DNA of 63,701 nt, counting the filler, from Octopus bimaculoides (Eukaryota): assembly GCF_001194135.2 (NCBI RefSeq). It is 3 parts of 3 records of this genome, joined end to end, with 100 filler letters (N's around TTAATTAATTAA, not from the genome) between each part and the next. Parts side by side here need not be neighbours in the genome. Positions count along the whole stretch, not along the records: positions 1 to 27,483 come from NC_068993.1; positions 27,584 to 52,926 come from NC_068989.1; 1 more part is not named here. One strand, given 5' to 3'. Under the pieces are notes generated by a model. That model made no database searches. It was not told the origin of the DNA and saw only the letters and a program-made list of their open reading frames with translations. Position 1 is the stretch's first letter. Every line of letters starts with the position of its first letter. Below are positions 24,006 through 35,871 of the stretch, piece after piece. Made by a program: the position numbers and the translations under genes.

Positions 24006-24938
24006 ATGCAAAACAAAAAGACCCAAACGTTAAGTAAAAGTGAACTCATTTACTGGCTCCGAGAAAACATTTCTCCGCATTTGAATTGCATACAAGATCT
24101 TGGAACAGGAGCCGAATTTTGTCTGGGTGTTGAAATTCTCTTTCCTGGATCAATAGATTTAGAGAAAATTAGATTCGGTGAGAAAACAGAAGATGGTAGA
24201 AGGAAAAATTTCCAACAACTTCAAGACGCTCTTACCAAAATGAATGTCAATATTAATATTCCAGTAGAAAATTTGATCAAAGGTAGCTTTAAGTACAATT
24301 TGTATTTTGGACAATGGTTTAAACAGTTTTTCGAAAAACATTATAATTGTAGGTCGTATGATATAATGAAACTCGAAACATTAGAATCTAATAAAAGACA
24401 CCGAGTTAAAAATTCTAAATCAACGAAGAAAATGTATAAAAAAAGATGGCCAGTTGAGATGTCAGGAGATGTTTCTTTAAATAAAGGCATAGTTCGGAAA
24501 GACGAAAATATATCTCCGTTAAATCACGATGTCGTTGACGAACCGAAACTAATAGCCAATAAATTAGCAATCACATATACGGAATATTCGGATAATTTTA
24601 ACAAGAAATCAGATTCAGTAATTTCAAATAGCCGTGACACGAGTTCAAATCCAAACACGCAAACTAGCAACACCAGTATGGACGCAGAATCAGACGACAC
24701 GTTCCTGCCATCTGATATACGTATGCAAGCGGAATATAAGTCATATGTATTTGTTCTGCGTGCATTAGAAAAAAATGTACAACATCTACAACACGAGAAT
24801 AAAATGTTGAGAGAAGAGAATATGCAAATGAAAGAAAAGAACGAGCGCCTGAAGCTGGAGATCGAAACATATCAGAGAATAAAAGCAGAGTGTCGAATGA
24901 TGGCTTGTCTGCTAGAACGATTTAGGGAATATCGTTAA
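24006..24938 (+). CDS. MAPRE-like: Intronless, divergent EB1/MAPRE-family protein (310 aa): N-terminal CH domain, S/T/D/N-rich linker, C-terminal coiled coil
   Basis: LSKSELIYWLREN...IQDLGTGAEFC...ILFPGSIDLEKIRF...KNFQQLQDALTKMNVNINIPVENLIKGSFKYNLYFGQWFKQFFEKHY aligns colinearly with the EB1 CH domain (SRHDMLAWINES...LCSGAAYC...LFPGSIALKKVKF...[47 protein letters not shown]). First in-frame ATG is 24006 (the track start at 23940 is TTG); uninterrupted 933-nt ORF. Confidence 0.88.
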   Translation: MQNKKTQTLSKSELIYWLRENISPHLNCIQDLGTGAEFCLGVEILFPGSIDLEKIRFGEKTEDGRRKNFQQLQDALTKMNVNINIPVENLIKGSFKYNLYFGQWFKQFFEKHYNCRSYDIMKLETLESNKRHRVKNSKSTKKMYKKRWPVEMSGDVSLNKGIVRKDENISPLNHDVVDEPKLIANKLAITYTEYSDNFNKKSDSVISNSRDTSSNPNTQTSNTSMDAESDDTFLPSDIRMQAEYKSYVFVLRALEKNVQHLQHENKMLREENMQMKEKNERLKLEIETYQRIKAECRMMACLLERFREYR

Positions 24939-24985
24939 TATAATTGAGAGGGCTGAGAAATAGACATTTGGCAAAGTTAAATTTG

Positions 24986-24991
24986 AATAAA
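24986..24991 (+). terminator. Candidate polyadenylation signal of the EB1-like gene
   Basis: AATAAA 47 nt after the stop codon. Confidence 0.45.
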
Positions 24992-25331
24992 CAAAATTAT
25001 AAAGACACAACCTACACTGTATATAAATAGTTGAGGGGGAAATGAACTATTCTGCATAGGTTGAAAAACTTCGCTTATGCATGTAATTAGCAAACATTTC
25101 TGGGTACAGAGGTGTCGACTATTTCGAATGGAAATATTGTAAAAACCTTGCAGAAATTCTGAAAAATGGGAGTAAATGATGAATACATAAATACAAATAT
25201 TAATCAGTCGTAGAAATTAGCATAAACCATTATAGCTTTTATTCGTTTATAAGACATACCTTTCACCTCGCTAACTGTTAAACTTCAAAATTAGGAGTAT
25301 GGGGTAAAATTAATTATTCAAAATTAATTAT

Positions 25332-27330
25332 TCACCGTTCCCTCTGTGGCCGCCGTGGGACTTCAGAACTGGCCTCAGTTCTTGTCCATAACTGTTGGCC
25401 CCATCCTCCGTCGCAGTGACGATCCTGTGTACATCCAAAAACATGCTGTGGCATACCATCTACGGACACATTGTTCCTCGAATTTACAAAGGTTATTGTC
25501 CCCTTTCCCAATTGTGATATGCACCGCGCATTTGGGAGTTTAACCCAGACTTCTTCCCCGACCTGCACAAAGGTATGCTCTTTCTCTTCTGCAGGATGCA
25601 GTGATGTAGTACATGGATGTCTCCACTCGTACTTGAATATTGCCCTGTGTGGAACTTACTCTTCAGCCTGTCCCGTCCTGAGCGACATATTATACCAAAA
25701 AAACGGCCTCGACCGATGAGATGTGGCCCCTCTCTGCTATGGTCTTGATGGTGCGATGATGCCTCTCCACAACCCCATTTCCACTTGGCCGGTATGCCGC
25801 TCTGAAGAAACGGCTAACATGCCACTTGTCGAGCATTTCCTCCAGCACCTCCGAGCGAAACGCAGTGCCATTGTCCACAAGCAGCTCATTCACGGGGTCT
25901 CGTTCTAGGAATATCTCATTCAGTATTCTTGTGATTTCCTCCGCGGTCCCCGTCTTCATTTCCCTCCATATGGCCAACCGCCCCGGTCCGCAGTCGACCA
26001 TCGAGAGGTATGTTCCCTGCCGGTAATGCGTCACGTCCACTGCCAGTCGTTTCCAGCTGTGTTGCACTGGAATGCTTCCTGCCTGATGCACACCCGGAGT
26101 GGGGTCAATGGACTGGCACCTGTCGCAGCTCCCAACTACTCTTTGCACACTCTGCTTGGTCACGTCCAAGTCAACTTTCCTGGCTAGGAACAGGGTCCTG
26201 TCCACCCCTATGTGATGCATGGTATGCAGTCTCCTCAGCCCCGAGTCACTCAGTCGACACACTGCAGCCACTCCTTGCTCTAGATCCTCTGGCACCTGCA
26301 ACCAAGCTTTCTTTACTCTGCTCAGGACGTTCGCTCTATTCCTCTCAGAGGACACAAAAACCACACTCAGCTTCAGGTCAAACTGGGCAGCTAGCTCGCC
26401 CAGAATTTCCAAATGGCGTTTTATCAGCATCTCTGCGCTCCCTTTGGTTCGCACTCTCTGCTTGCTGGTGACCACTGATCCCACCCATCTAAGTACAGTG
26501 GCCGAATCGGTCCGGATCTCGATGGTACGCAACCCCCCACCTCAGGGCCAGGTTCAGCCCTTTTAACACGGCATCCAGCTCCACTACGTTGTTGTGGTTG
26601 CAGTCGCCCTTCTTCCTAAACCAGGCTGCATCCTCCACCACGACACCTCCAATTTCCAGGACAACTCCCGTTGCTATGCTGCTGGCATCACACCACACGA
26701 TCCCATTCTTCAATTTAGACACATACCAGTTTCCTCTTAATGGGTCCTCCGCAGTCCCTCTCTCCAAGACTTCTTGCATCACTCCTTCAGCTCGCCTATT
26801 GATGAAGCTGCATGCCGTCCGGATCCATCCTGCTATCGGGTAGTGTCCCAGCAGCATCCCACTCACAGAAAACAGTTCTCGCCTATACGTCTTGGAGCCC
26901 TGTTCCGGAATCTCATTCCCTCTCCGAAATACCAATGCGCCGGCCTTGTCTCTGCGTAGCTTAAGTCCCAGTGCAGCGTCTCCTTCCATCGCCTCCGGCG
27001 GTTTGGCAGTTAGCCCAAAACTCTTCAGGTGGCTTATGACCTCCTTTGCCGACATTATGCTCTCGTCTACCAGGATGTCATCAATATAGGAATTGGTGGC
27101 TTTTTTCACTTTGTCCACCTTTCCCAGGATGGTTTTGAGAATCGTCGCCATAATCTTCGGTGCTGAATTAAGCCCGAATCCCAACCTGGTCAGGCAGTAT
27201 GTCCGGCCCTTATACCTTACTAGCTGATATTTCCACAGTCTCTCAGCCATATGCAGCTGCAGGTATGCCGACTTCAAATCGACGATTGTGGAGGCCCCTG
27301 TCATCTACCTCCATTCTCTCAAGGTTTCGC
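25332..27330 (-). mobile_element. Ty3/Gypsy pol remnant (RT-RNase H-integrase), frameshifted
   Basis: VDLKSAYLQL, LGFGLNSAP, SYIDDILV (RT); WCDASS...VELDA...RTDSATV (RNase H); HTMHHIG...CDRC, LAVDVTH, LVDNGTAF, NGVVERHHRTIK (HHCC plus D,D35E integrase). RT-RH-IN order. Frameshift near 26530 and in-frame stop before 27304. Confidence 0.95.
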
Positions 27331-27483
27331 TGCAAATATCCGTAGCTGATGTGAAGGAGGAAAAAGACGGAAGCAAAGAGAGAACTGCGGTAGTCTTACC
27401 TGTCGGTCCGGAAAAGGGTCGCTTTCAACGTCCACGTGCGCTACTCGTCGCTGTACAGTCTAACACGTCTGCTGTGGTGCGCT

Positions 27484-27583
27484 NNNNNNNNNNNNNNNNN
27501 NNNNNNNNNNNNNNNNNNNNNNNNNNNTTAATTAATTAANNNNNNNNNNNNNNNNNNNNNNNNNNNNNNNNNNNNNNNNNNNN
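27484..27583. other. Artificial scaffold join (44N + TTAATTAATTAA + 44N)
   Basis: Exactly 100 bp; six-frame stop linker; identical structure at 52927-53026. Confidence 0.92.
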
Positions 27584-27731
27584 TATACATATAGGTATGA
27601 GAGGAATGGTGTCAAGAAGACCCAAAGGTGTCAGGTAATGCTGAGTAAGTGCTATGGACAGACTATAGTTAAGCTCCAGGTTCGGTGATTATAAGAATGA
27701 GGAGTCCAACGTTGGTTATATATCAGCATGC

Positions 27732-27773
<42 letters not shown>

Positions 27774-27774
27774 T

Positions 27775-28165
27775 TTTATCTTTTTATTTGTTTCAGTCAT
27801 AAGACTACGGCCATGCTGGGGCATCGCATTGAAGAATTTTTAGTCGAATGAATCGACTTCAGTGCTTATTTTTTTTTATTAAACCTTGGTACTTATTCTA
27901 TCGGCTTTTTTCTCGAACCGCTAAGTTACGGAGACGTAAAGACACCAACACCGTTGTCAAGTGGTGGTGCTGGGGACAACACACTCACTCACACATACAG
28001 ACACTCACACGACAGGCTTCTTTCAGTTTCATCTACCAAATCCACTCACAAGGATTTGATCGGACCGAGGCTATAGTGGAAGACAGTTCCCCAAGGTGCC
28101 ACGCAGTGGGACTGATCCCGGGATCATGAGGTTGGGAAGCAAGCTTCTTACCACACAGCCACGCC
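27775..28165 (-). mobile_element. SINE family B
   Basis: Reverse complement of the family B consensus. Confidence 0.85.
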
Positions 28166-28379
28166 ATATATGTATATCATTGTCATAACCACCATCATCA
28201 TCACGCTCACAAACACAACACGCTCAAATTCACTGTCCACTCATTATCGCAAACGAAACCGAATAACTGACTCTTTGACTAGCAAACAGCATTAACTAAC
28301 TCAACAAAACAAATAAACAAACAGACAGATAAATAAATGAATGTAAATACATAAAAGACACCTGACATTGATTGATTAC

Positions 28380-28452
28380 CAATTCCGTGGTGCTGTTAGC
28401 TGGTGGTATAGTTGATCCTTCTCGATTTAATATTTCCATTGTCGACTGATGG
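28380..28452 (-). CDS. Candidate exon (HQSTMEILNREGSTIPPANSTTEL), unknown protein
   Basis: T-rich tract plus AAG acceptor, GTAATC donor, open frame with an ATG at 28439. Confidence 0.28.
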
Positions 28453-29430
28453 CTTCAACAACGAAACAATTTAGAAAATCAGAATGAGCGATTTACCATT
28501 TACAAGCGAAGGAACTATTCCTTGCTAGTCGATCAGTTTATTACAACACTTGATGCAGATTTATTGTTCATTCTTAGCTTTGGTCCTTTTCCTTTTTCTT
28601 TTTTATTACAACTTTTCTTTCGGATTAAACGCCAACCATTTTGGCTCGCATGCACGCACGCACACTCACAGACACACGTACTCACAAACGCGCGCGCGCA
28701 TATGAATATCGAATATACATAATATATACATCGAATATTTACATATATATGTCGTATATACACTGTATAGGTATATGGTGTATATACTTCCTCTTTCATA
28801 CGTTAACCAAGAGCACGTGTGTTTGAAAAGCTTAATCGAAAGCGCTTGCATATTCTAGGAAAAGAAAACTTCTTCCAAAAAGTTTAGTAAGATCCTGATA
28901 AAAGATGTTACAACTTATTTTTAAAAACAATAATTTTAAAAAAATCTCCTTTATATTTAAAAACTGTATTAAGTAATTTTCAAATGTGTGTGTGTGTGTG
29001 TGTATACGTGCACGCGCACACACACATTTGAAATACACACACACATGTACATAACGTGTGTAGTAACAAAAGAAGTACTCGTTAATATCATTGAAATAGA
29101 GAATATATTAATCATATACAAATATGACTTTGTAGTTATCCGGTCCTTTCAATCGGATAACATCTTATCCGAGGCTTGCCATGAAACTCCAAGTACTGTT
29201 TGTGGCTGTTCCATGCTTGTATAATATATGCATATGTGTACTTTTATGTACTACACAATGTAAATCAAGAAAACCGGAGTAAATTTAGTTATTTATAAAA
29301 TCTCACAGTGACGAATCGTTTCACTGTTGACTGCTCCCTGTCGAACACGTACTTATTTTCTTCCAGTCCATTAAATAGATCATCTGCTTACAGAGTAATC
29401 ATAATTTAAGCTAGCATATTAGTAGTTAGC

Positions 29431-29640
29431 CTAAGGTGGTGAGCTGACAGAATCATTACCACCCCAGACAAAATGCTTAACGGCGTTCCTTCTGGCTCTT
29501 ACATTTCAGAGTTCAAATTCTGCCGAGGTAGAATTTGCTTTTCATCCTTTCGGGGTCGATAAAATAAGTAACTGGAGTCGATCTAATCGACTTCCCTTCC
29601 CCCGAAAAACTACTGGTCCTGTGCCAAAAAGGTGAAACCA
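29431..29640 (+). mobile_element. SINE family A, degenerate
   Basis: GGTGGTGAGCTGACAGAA...GAGTTCAAATTCTGCCGAGG...CCTTTCGGGGTCGAT. Confidence 0.78.
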
Positions 29641-29751
29641 TGCTAGTAGCCAACCTAATTTTTTTTTATATATTTATGCGTGTGTGTATGTATGTGTATA
29701 CACACATGTATGTGAGTAAATATACGTATAAGTATGCTTTTATAAATTTAT

Positions 29752-29975
29752 TATTTCTTTATTGCCCACAAGGGGCTAAACATAGAGGGGACAAACAAGG
29801 ACAGACAAAAGGATTAAGTCAATTACATCGACTCCAGTGCGTAACTGGTACTTAATTTATCGACCCCGAAAGGATGAAAGCCAAAGTCGACCTCGGCGGA
29901 ATTTGAACTCAGAACGTAACGGCAGACGAAATACCGTTAAGCATTTCGACCGGCGTGCTAACATTTCTGCCAGTC
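29752..29975 (-). mobile_element. SINE family A, full length
   Basis: Reverse complement of the consensus; little divergence. Confidence 0.9.
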
Positions 29976-30379
29976 ATTTATATTAATGACTCCCCTTTCT
30001 CTGCATCAGTAAATGATATTTTAATCTTTATTTTGCTTTAAAATAATAACGTTTTTAAATTTTACACGTGCGCGCACACACATGCACGTGTGTCTGTTTA
30101 TGTATGCATGTACGTGTGTGTNNNNNNNNNNNNNNNNNNNNNNNNNNNNNNNNNNNNNNNNNNNNNNNNNNNNNNNNNNNNNNNNNNNNNNNNNNNNNNN
30201 NNNNNNNNNNNNNNNNNNNNNNNNNNNNNNNNNNNNNNNNNNNNNNNNNNNNNNNNNNNNNNNNNNNNNNNNNNNNNNNNNNNNNNNNNNNNNNNNNNNN
30301 NNNNNNNNNNNNNNNNNNNNNNNNNNNNNNNNNNNNNNNNNNNNNNNNNNNNNNNNNNNNNNNNNNNNNNNNNNNNNNN

Positions 30380-30431
<52 letters not shown>

Positions 30432-31287
30432 AGTGTGTGTGTATGTATGTATGTACTATGTATGTACTATATATGTATGTGTGTATGGTGTGTGTGTTTT
30501 TGCGTGTGTTCATGTGTGTGTATGTGTGTGAGAGAGAAAGAGGGAGAGAGAGAGCGAATTGAAGCATCCAAGAGATCAATAAAAACAAAACAAAACAATA
30601 AATAGTGGCCTGATAGAAGAAGGAATTAACAGCGCTCAAGTTGGCGTTGGAGAGAACAGAACTTGATCTTTCTGAAACAATCAAGGAGCTAATTCCATCA
30701 ACAATGTTGGCACTAGGCTTAAAAATCACTTCTACAAAAATCGAATTAATTACTACTTTATGAAAGTATGTATGCGCATACTTTTCCCCATCGTTGAATT
30801 CAGTCGCTAACCGTTGTTATGGAAGTTCATGGCATTGGACTTGTACTTGCTGAGAGAATGAGTAAGAAGTTTATCATATAAAGGAGTTTTTTTTTACGAG
30901 AAAACCTCGAGAATTGATTCCGAAAACATACTGGGGATGAGAAGTAAGAAATTGTCGTACGCACTTTATCATGAAAAATGAAAGAAGCTTCTCATGTTCA
31001 TGTTAACATGTTTATTTAGCAGTGCTGTTTTGTGTTTGTATTTTATACATCAACGCTTACAAAAAAAAAAAAAAGGACCATTTCAATCTAACGGTTCTGC
31101 TCCCGTTATGCAAGATCGTTAAAAAAGTTATATCTTCAAAAAGAATTCGCTAGTAAAGACATTTTTCGTTTTCTTCGAGGTAAAGAATACAATTACTACT
31201 TATTTTAAAAAAAAGTTTTTTTTTAATATTTACTAAGACTACTTTACTTCTTTTCCTTATCCCTTCCTATTTTTTGTTAACATTAAG

Positions 31288-31401
31288 GATAGTGAATTCC
31301 CTGAACTTAGATCCAGCAACTTAATTGATGTGAAAGAACATATCTTTATTTCTACTGACCACACTAAGCTAATTTTATCTAGCCTCGGTCTTCCATACAT
31401 T
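31288..31401 (+). CDS. Candidate internal exon (DSEFPELRSSNLIDVKEHIFISTDHTKLILSSLGLPYI), unknown protein
   Basis: Long polypyrimidine tract plus AG, 114 nt (38 codons, phase 0-0, no stop), GTATGT donor. Confidence 0.4.
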
Positions 31402-31837
31402 GTATGTATAAAGATAATTTTTTATGTATACTTAGAATTGAACCATCAGTATAACCATATTGTTCTGATGATCTGATGAGCTAGCTTTCTTTATCTGCAT
31501 TGATTTGTGAATATACAGTAGTTATTGTCTGCACTAATGTGTATGCTACGCATTAAACTTTAGTGCAGACATTTAAACATAGTTTATTATACACTGTAAT
31601 TATTATTACATGTAGGCTGCGAAACGGCCGTAAGCCTAAGAATGACAAATGGTTAAATGAATATATTCACCTCTCATACCTCCTGATTTTTTTATGGATT
31701 ATATACTCCTCATAAAATAATCTCATCGATCGGATCACCTAAATTTTCAACTGCATGGAACTCTGCATTATATCCCCCTGTACTAGGTTACTACGTGGAC
31801 TACTAGCCACACGATTCTATCAATCCATATATTACAC

Positions 31838-32061
31838 AAATATATATATATATGTATATATATATGTATGTGTGTATATGTGTGTTTGTGTGTGTGCGCG
31901 CGTGTACGTGTGTGTGTGTATATATACACACATACATATATATATATACATATATACATACATATATTTATGTATATATATATACATATATATATTTATA
32001 TATACACACACATATATACATATATATATACTATTTATTATATATACATACATACACACAC

Positions 32062-32121
<60 letters not shown>

Positions 32122-32130
32122 GGATAGATG

Positions 32131-32175
<45 letters not shown>

Positions 32176-32195
32176 CTAGATAGATACACACAGAC
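31838..32195. repeat. (TA)/(TG)/(GATA)n microsatellites
   Basis: Directly visible. Confidence 0.95.
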
Positions 32196-32692
32196 ATGCT
32201 CAAATAACATGTGTATTATGTGTAAGTATTTTGAAGCTGGTAACGGTGCACCACTTAAATATTAATTATTAATCTTTTCACTTTTCAATCACCTTTAATC
32301 TATTATTGATAATTGATTCAACAAAACATTACAAGATGGTGTCTGAGAACAAATCATTGCATATTTTATTGAAATTACTCACAAACTAAGCTGGTGTTTA
32401 TTTAATTATATTTGATAAGGTTACTCTTAAATGAATAAGAGAAGAATTGCCTCGTGTATTGGGCGCCATTTTGTCTGAGGTGTAACACTTCCTGTTAATA
32501 TGGCTCCTATTCTCTAATTAGGTGAACCGAGGCGACCAACAGTAAATATGCTACTAAAACAACGCAAAGAAATGTCGATGCGATGACGAATCCTCTCTGT
32601 AGTTGTCCCACTTGCGAAAAGTAGTAAAGTTTCTCTCAATCAAATACTCTGCCGTGTTAACAACGGAAGAACAAATTGAATAACGTGTTCCC

Positions 32693-32764
<72 letters not shown>

Positions 32765-32789
32765 GCTTGTCATTCTGTCTGTTGACAGG

Positions 32790-34190
32790 GGAGACGGAGG
32801 AGAAGGCATCGAAGAACCGCAACCAAGACTATTGACAGCACCGGAGCCCAAAGATTTTCAAGCCAGCAACGGATAGTTTGGCTGTTTCCAGAAACGGTTT
32901 AAAATAAAGTGTGTTTCCCTGCATGGAGAGACAGCATCAGCCGACAAAGAAGCCGCCGAGAAGTACCTTGAGACCTTCAAGGAGATCATCGAGGATAAAG
33001 GATACACCCGGAACAGGTTTTCAGTATGAACGAGACTGGCTTGTTCTGGAAAATGCTTTCCAGAACGTACATCATGAAGGACGATGCCAGAGCCCCACGA
33101 TTTAAGGCATGGAAGGATAGTGTGATACTAATTATGTGTGGCAATGCTGCTGGCTTCATGATGAAATAGGGACTTATCTACAAGTCCGCGAACCCGAGGG
33201 TCTTCAAAAATAAGAATAAAAACCTGCTGCCTGTCCACTGGATGCACAACTACAAGGCCTGGATTACCAGAAGTCTAACTTTGAATTGGTTCCACCAATG
33301 CTTCCTCCCTCAAGCCAATGAATACATCCAAAATGTATGCATGGAATTCAAGGTGTTGCTTATTATGGATAATGCTGGTGGTCACTCTTTGGATTTGAAT
33401 CACGAAGGAGTCCAATTCGGGTTCCTCCCTGCTAACACCACCTCCCTCATCCAACCTATGGATCAAGGCGTGATCCGTGCCTTCAAGGCACTTTACACTC
33501 GAAACTCTCTCCAACATCTTGTGGATGCAATAGATTCGGACGAGAATTTCAAGTTAAAGTAGTACTGGGGTAACTTCACGATCGCAACGTACCTGCCAGT
33601 CATCCACGTTGCCCTTAAAGACATGAAAAAAGAAACCCTCAACGCATGCTGGAAAAGGTGTAGCCAGAGTGTGTCCAAGACTACGAGGGCTTTTCTCTTG
33701 AAGATATTCAGCACATGGCTGTCAACAATGTGGTGAAACTGGCAAAGGTACTTGGAGGCGAAGGTTTTAACGACATCACGCAAGAGGAGGTCAACAATCT
33801 CATCGATGTTCACTCTGAAAACCCTGAGAGACGAAGATTTGTTGGAGTTAACTAAGTCTGCCAGCAAAGAGGAGGAGGAAGCGCCAGATCCCGAGGACGA
33901 GGAGGATGAGGTGGGTCTGAAAATAGAACGTGTGTCCGATTTTTAAGGACAGCAAAGGAATTGCAAGAGAAGGCGGAAGCATGGGATCCCTATATGGTTC
34001 GGTCTTTCCAATTTGAAAATGCCATTGATGCTGCCATGCAGACATATAAAACTCTCCTCACCACCATGAAGAAACAATGACAGCAACTTCTCATCACAAT
34101 ATTCCTCAAGCCCACCAAGAAAGCATTGCATGAAGATACGACATCCCCTAAAACACTCGAAAAAGAGGCGTCACCTGAAGAGATTTAAAT
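32790..34190 (+). pseudogene. Tigger/pogo (TIGD1-like, DDE_1) transposase remnant
   Basis: FQASNG*FGCFQKRF, LHGETASAD, VFSMNETGLFWK, KVLLIMDNAGGH, FLPANTTSLIQPMDQGVIRAFKALY, with stops and frameshifts. Confidence 0.92.
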
Positions 34191-34294
34191 CTTCTTTGCT
34201 GTGCAGTCATTACCTTCATTATTTTTATCATCATCGTCTTAGTTGTATGCTGTCATCTTAATGTGACAGTCCCCTGAAAGGAATAATACTACTG

Positions 34295-34440
34295 TCGGCA
34301 ACACTCAACGAACTGAGGGCAGCCATTGAATGAAAATGCGTACAAATACAGATCAAAGTGTTTCTCGGTGTTTGCTATTTCATTGCTTCGCATTATGGGC
34401 AGCGCCGGGCGAGAACGGTCATTAGTTTGAAAACAGGCAT
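34295..34440 (+). pseudogene. Tc1-like transposase C-terminal remnant
   Basis: TLNELRAAIE*KCVQIQIKVFLGVCYFIASHY resembles Tc1/Tc3 C-termini. Confidence 0.45.
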
Positions 34441-34582
34441 TCATAAAAATTTTAATTCTCTCTGTAGATTCCATTAAATTTTCAAAATGAAGTATATTTT
34501 AATAAACATTGACTTTATAATCATTCAATGTGCTTATACATTTTTGTGGGGATTACCTGTGTATATATATTTACACACTGTG

Positions 34583-34931
34583 CAGGTGCAATGGCCCCGT
34601 GGTTAGGACAGCGGACTCGCGGTCGTAGAATCGCGGTTTCGATTCCCAGACCGTGTGTTGTGAGTATTTATTGAGCGAAAACACCTAAAACTCCGGCAGG
34701 GGGTTGTGGCGAACCCTGCTGTACTCTTTCACCACAACTTTCTCTCACTCTTTCTTCTTGTTTCTATTATACCTGTATTTCAAAGGGCCAGGCTTGTCAT
34801 ACTCTGTGTCACGCTGAATCTCCCCGAGAACTACGTTAAGGGTATACGTGTCTGTGGAGTGCTCAGCCACTTGCACGTTAATTTCACGAGCAGGCTGTTC
34901 CGATGATCGGATCAACTGGAACCGTCGTCGT
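34583..34931 (+). mobile_element. tRNA-derived SINE family C
   Basis: A-box TGGCCCCGTGG, B-box GGTTTCGATTCC; body shared with 53108-53395. Confidence 0.85.
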
Positions 34932-35871
34932 NNNNNNNNNNNNNNNNNNNNNNNNNNNNNNNNNNNNNNNNNNNNNNNNNNNNNNNNNNNNNNNNNNNNN
35001 NNNNNNNNNNNNNNNNNNNNNNNNNNNNNNNNNNNNNNNNNNNNNNNNNNNNNNNNNNNNNNNNNNNNNNNNNNNNNNNNNNNNNNNNNNNNNNNNNNNN
35101 NNNNNNNNNNNNNNNNNNNNNNNNNNNNNNNNNNNNNNNNNNNNNNNNNNNNNNNNNNNNNNNNNNNNNNNNNNNNNNNNNNNNNNNNNNNNNNNNNNNN
35201 NNNNNNNNNNNNNNNNNNNNNNNNNNNNNNNNNNNNNNNNNNNNNNNNNNNNNNNNNNNNNNNNNNNNNNNNNNNNNNNNNNNNNNNNNNNNNNNNNNNN
35301 NNNNNNNNNNNNNNNNNNNNNNNNNNNNNNNNNNNNNNNNNNNNNNNNNNNNNNNNNNNNNNNNNNNNNNNNNNNNNNNNNNNNNNNNNNNNNNNNNNNN
35401 NNNNNNNNNNNNNNNNNNNNNNNNNNNNNNNNNNNNNNNNNNNNNNNNNNNNNNNNNNNNNNNNNNNNNNNNNNNNNNNNNNNNNNNNNNNNNNNNNNNN
35501 NNNNNNNNNNNNNNNNNNNNNNNNNNNNNNNNNNNNNNNNNNNNNNNNNNNNNNNNNNNNNNNNNNNNNNNNNNNNNNNNNNNNNNNNNNNNNNNNNNNN
35601 NNNNNNNNNNNNNNNNNNNNNNNNNNNNNNNNNNNNNNNNNNNNNNNNNNNNNNNNNNNNNNNNNNNNNNNNNNNNNNNNNNNNNNNNNNNNNNNNNNNN
35701 NNNNNNNNNNNNNNNNNNNNNNNNNNNNNNNNNNNNNNNNNNNNNNNNNNNNNNNNNNNNNNNNNNNNNNNNNNNNNNNNNNNNNNNNNNNNNNNNNNNN
35801 NNNNNNNNNNNNNNNNNNNNNNNNNNNNNNNNNNNNNNNNNNNNNNNAAATATAATAAACACATGTATATA

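Noticed and set aside
30617-30763. Open frame KKELTALKLALERTELDLSETIK...
   Set aside because: Preceded by stops with no pyrimidine tract and ends in a stop before the nearby donor.
12990-31490. CTGATGA hammerhead core motifs at about 12991, 13020, 14776 and 31473
   Set aside because: No properly placed GAAA or flanking stems were found by eye.
34583-34655. tRNA gene-like sequences here and at 46058 and 51757
   Set aside because: A/B boxes are heads of SINEs followed by SINE bodies; no complete cloverleaf.
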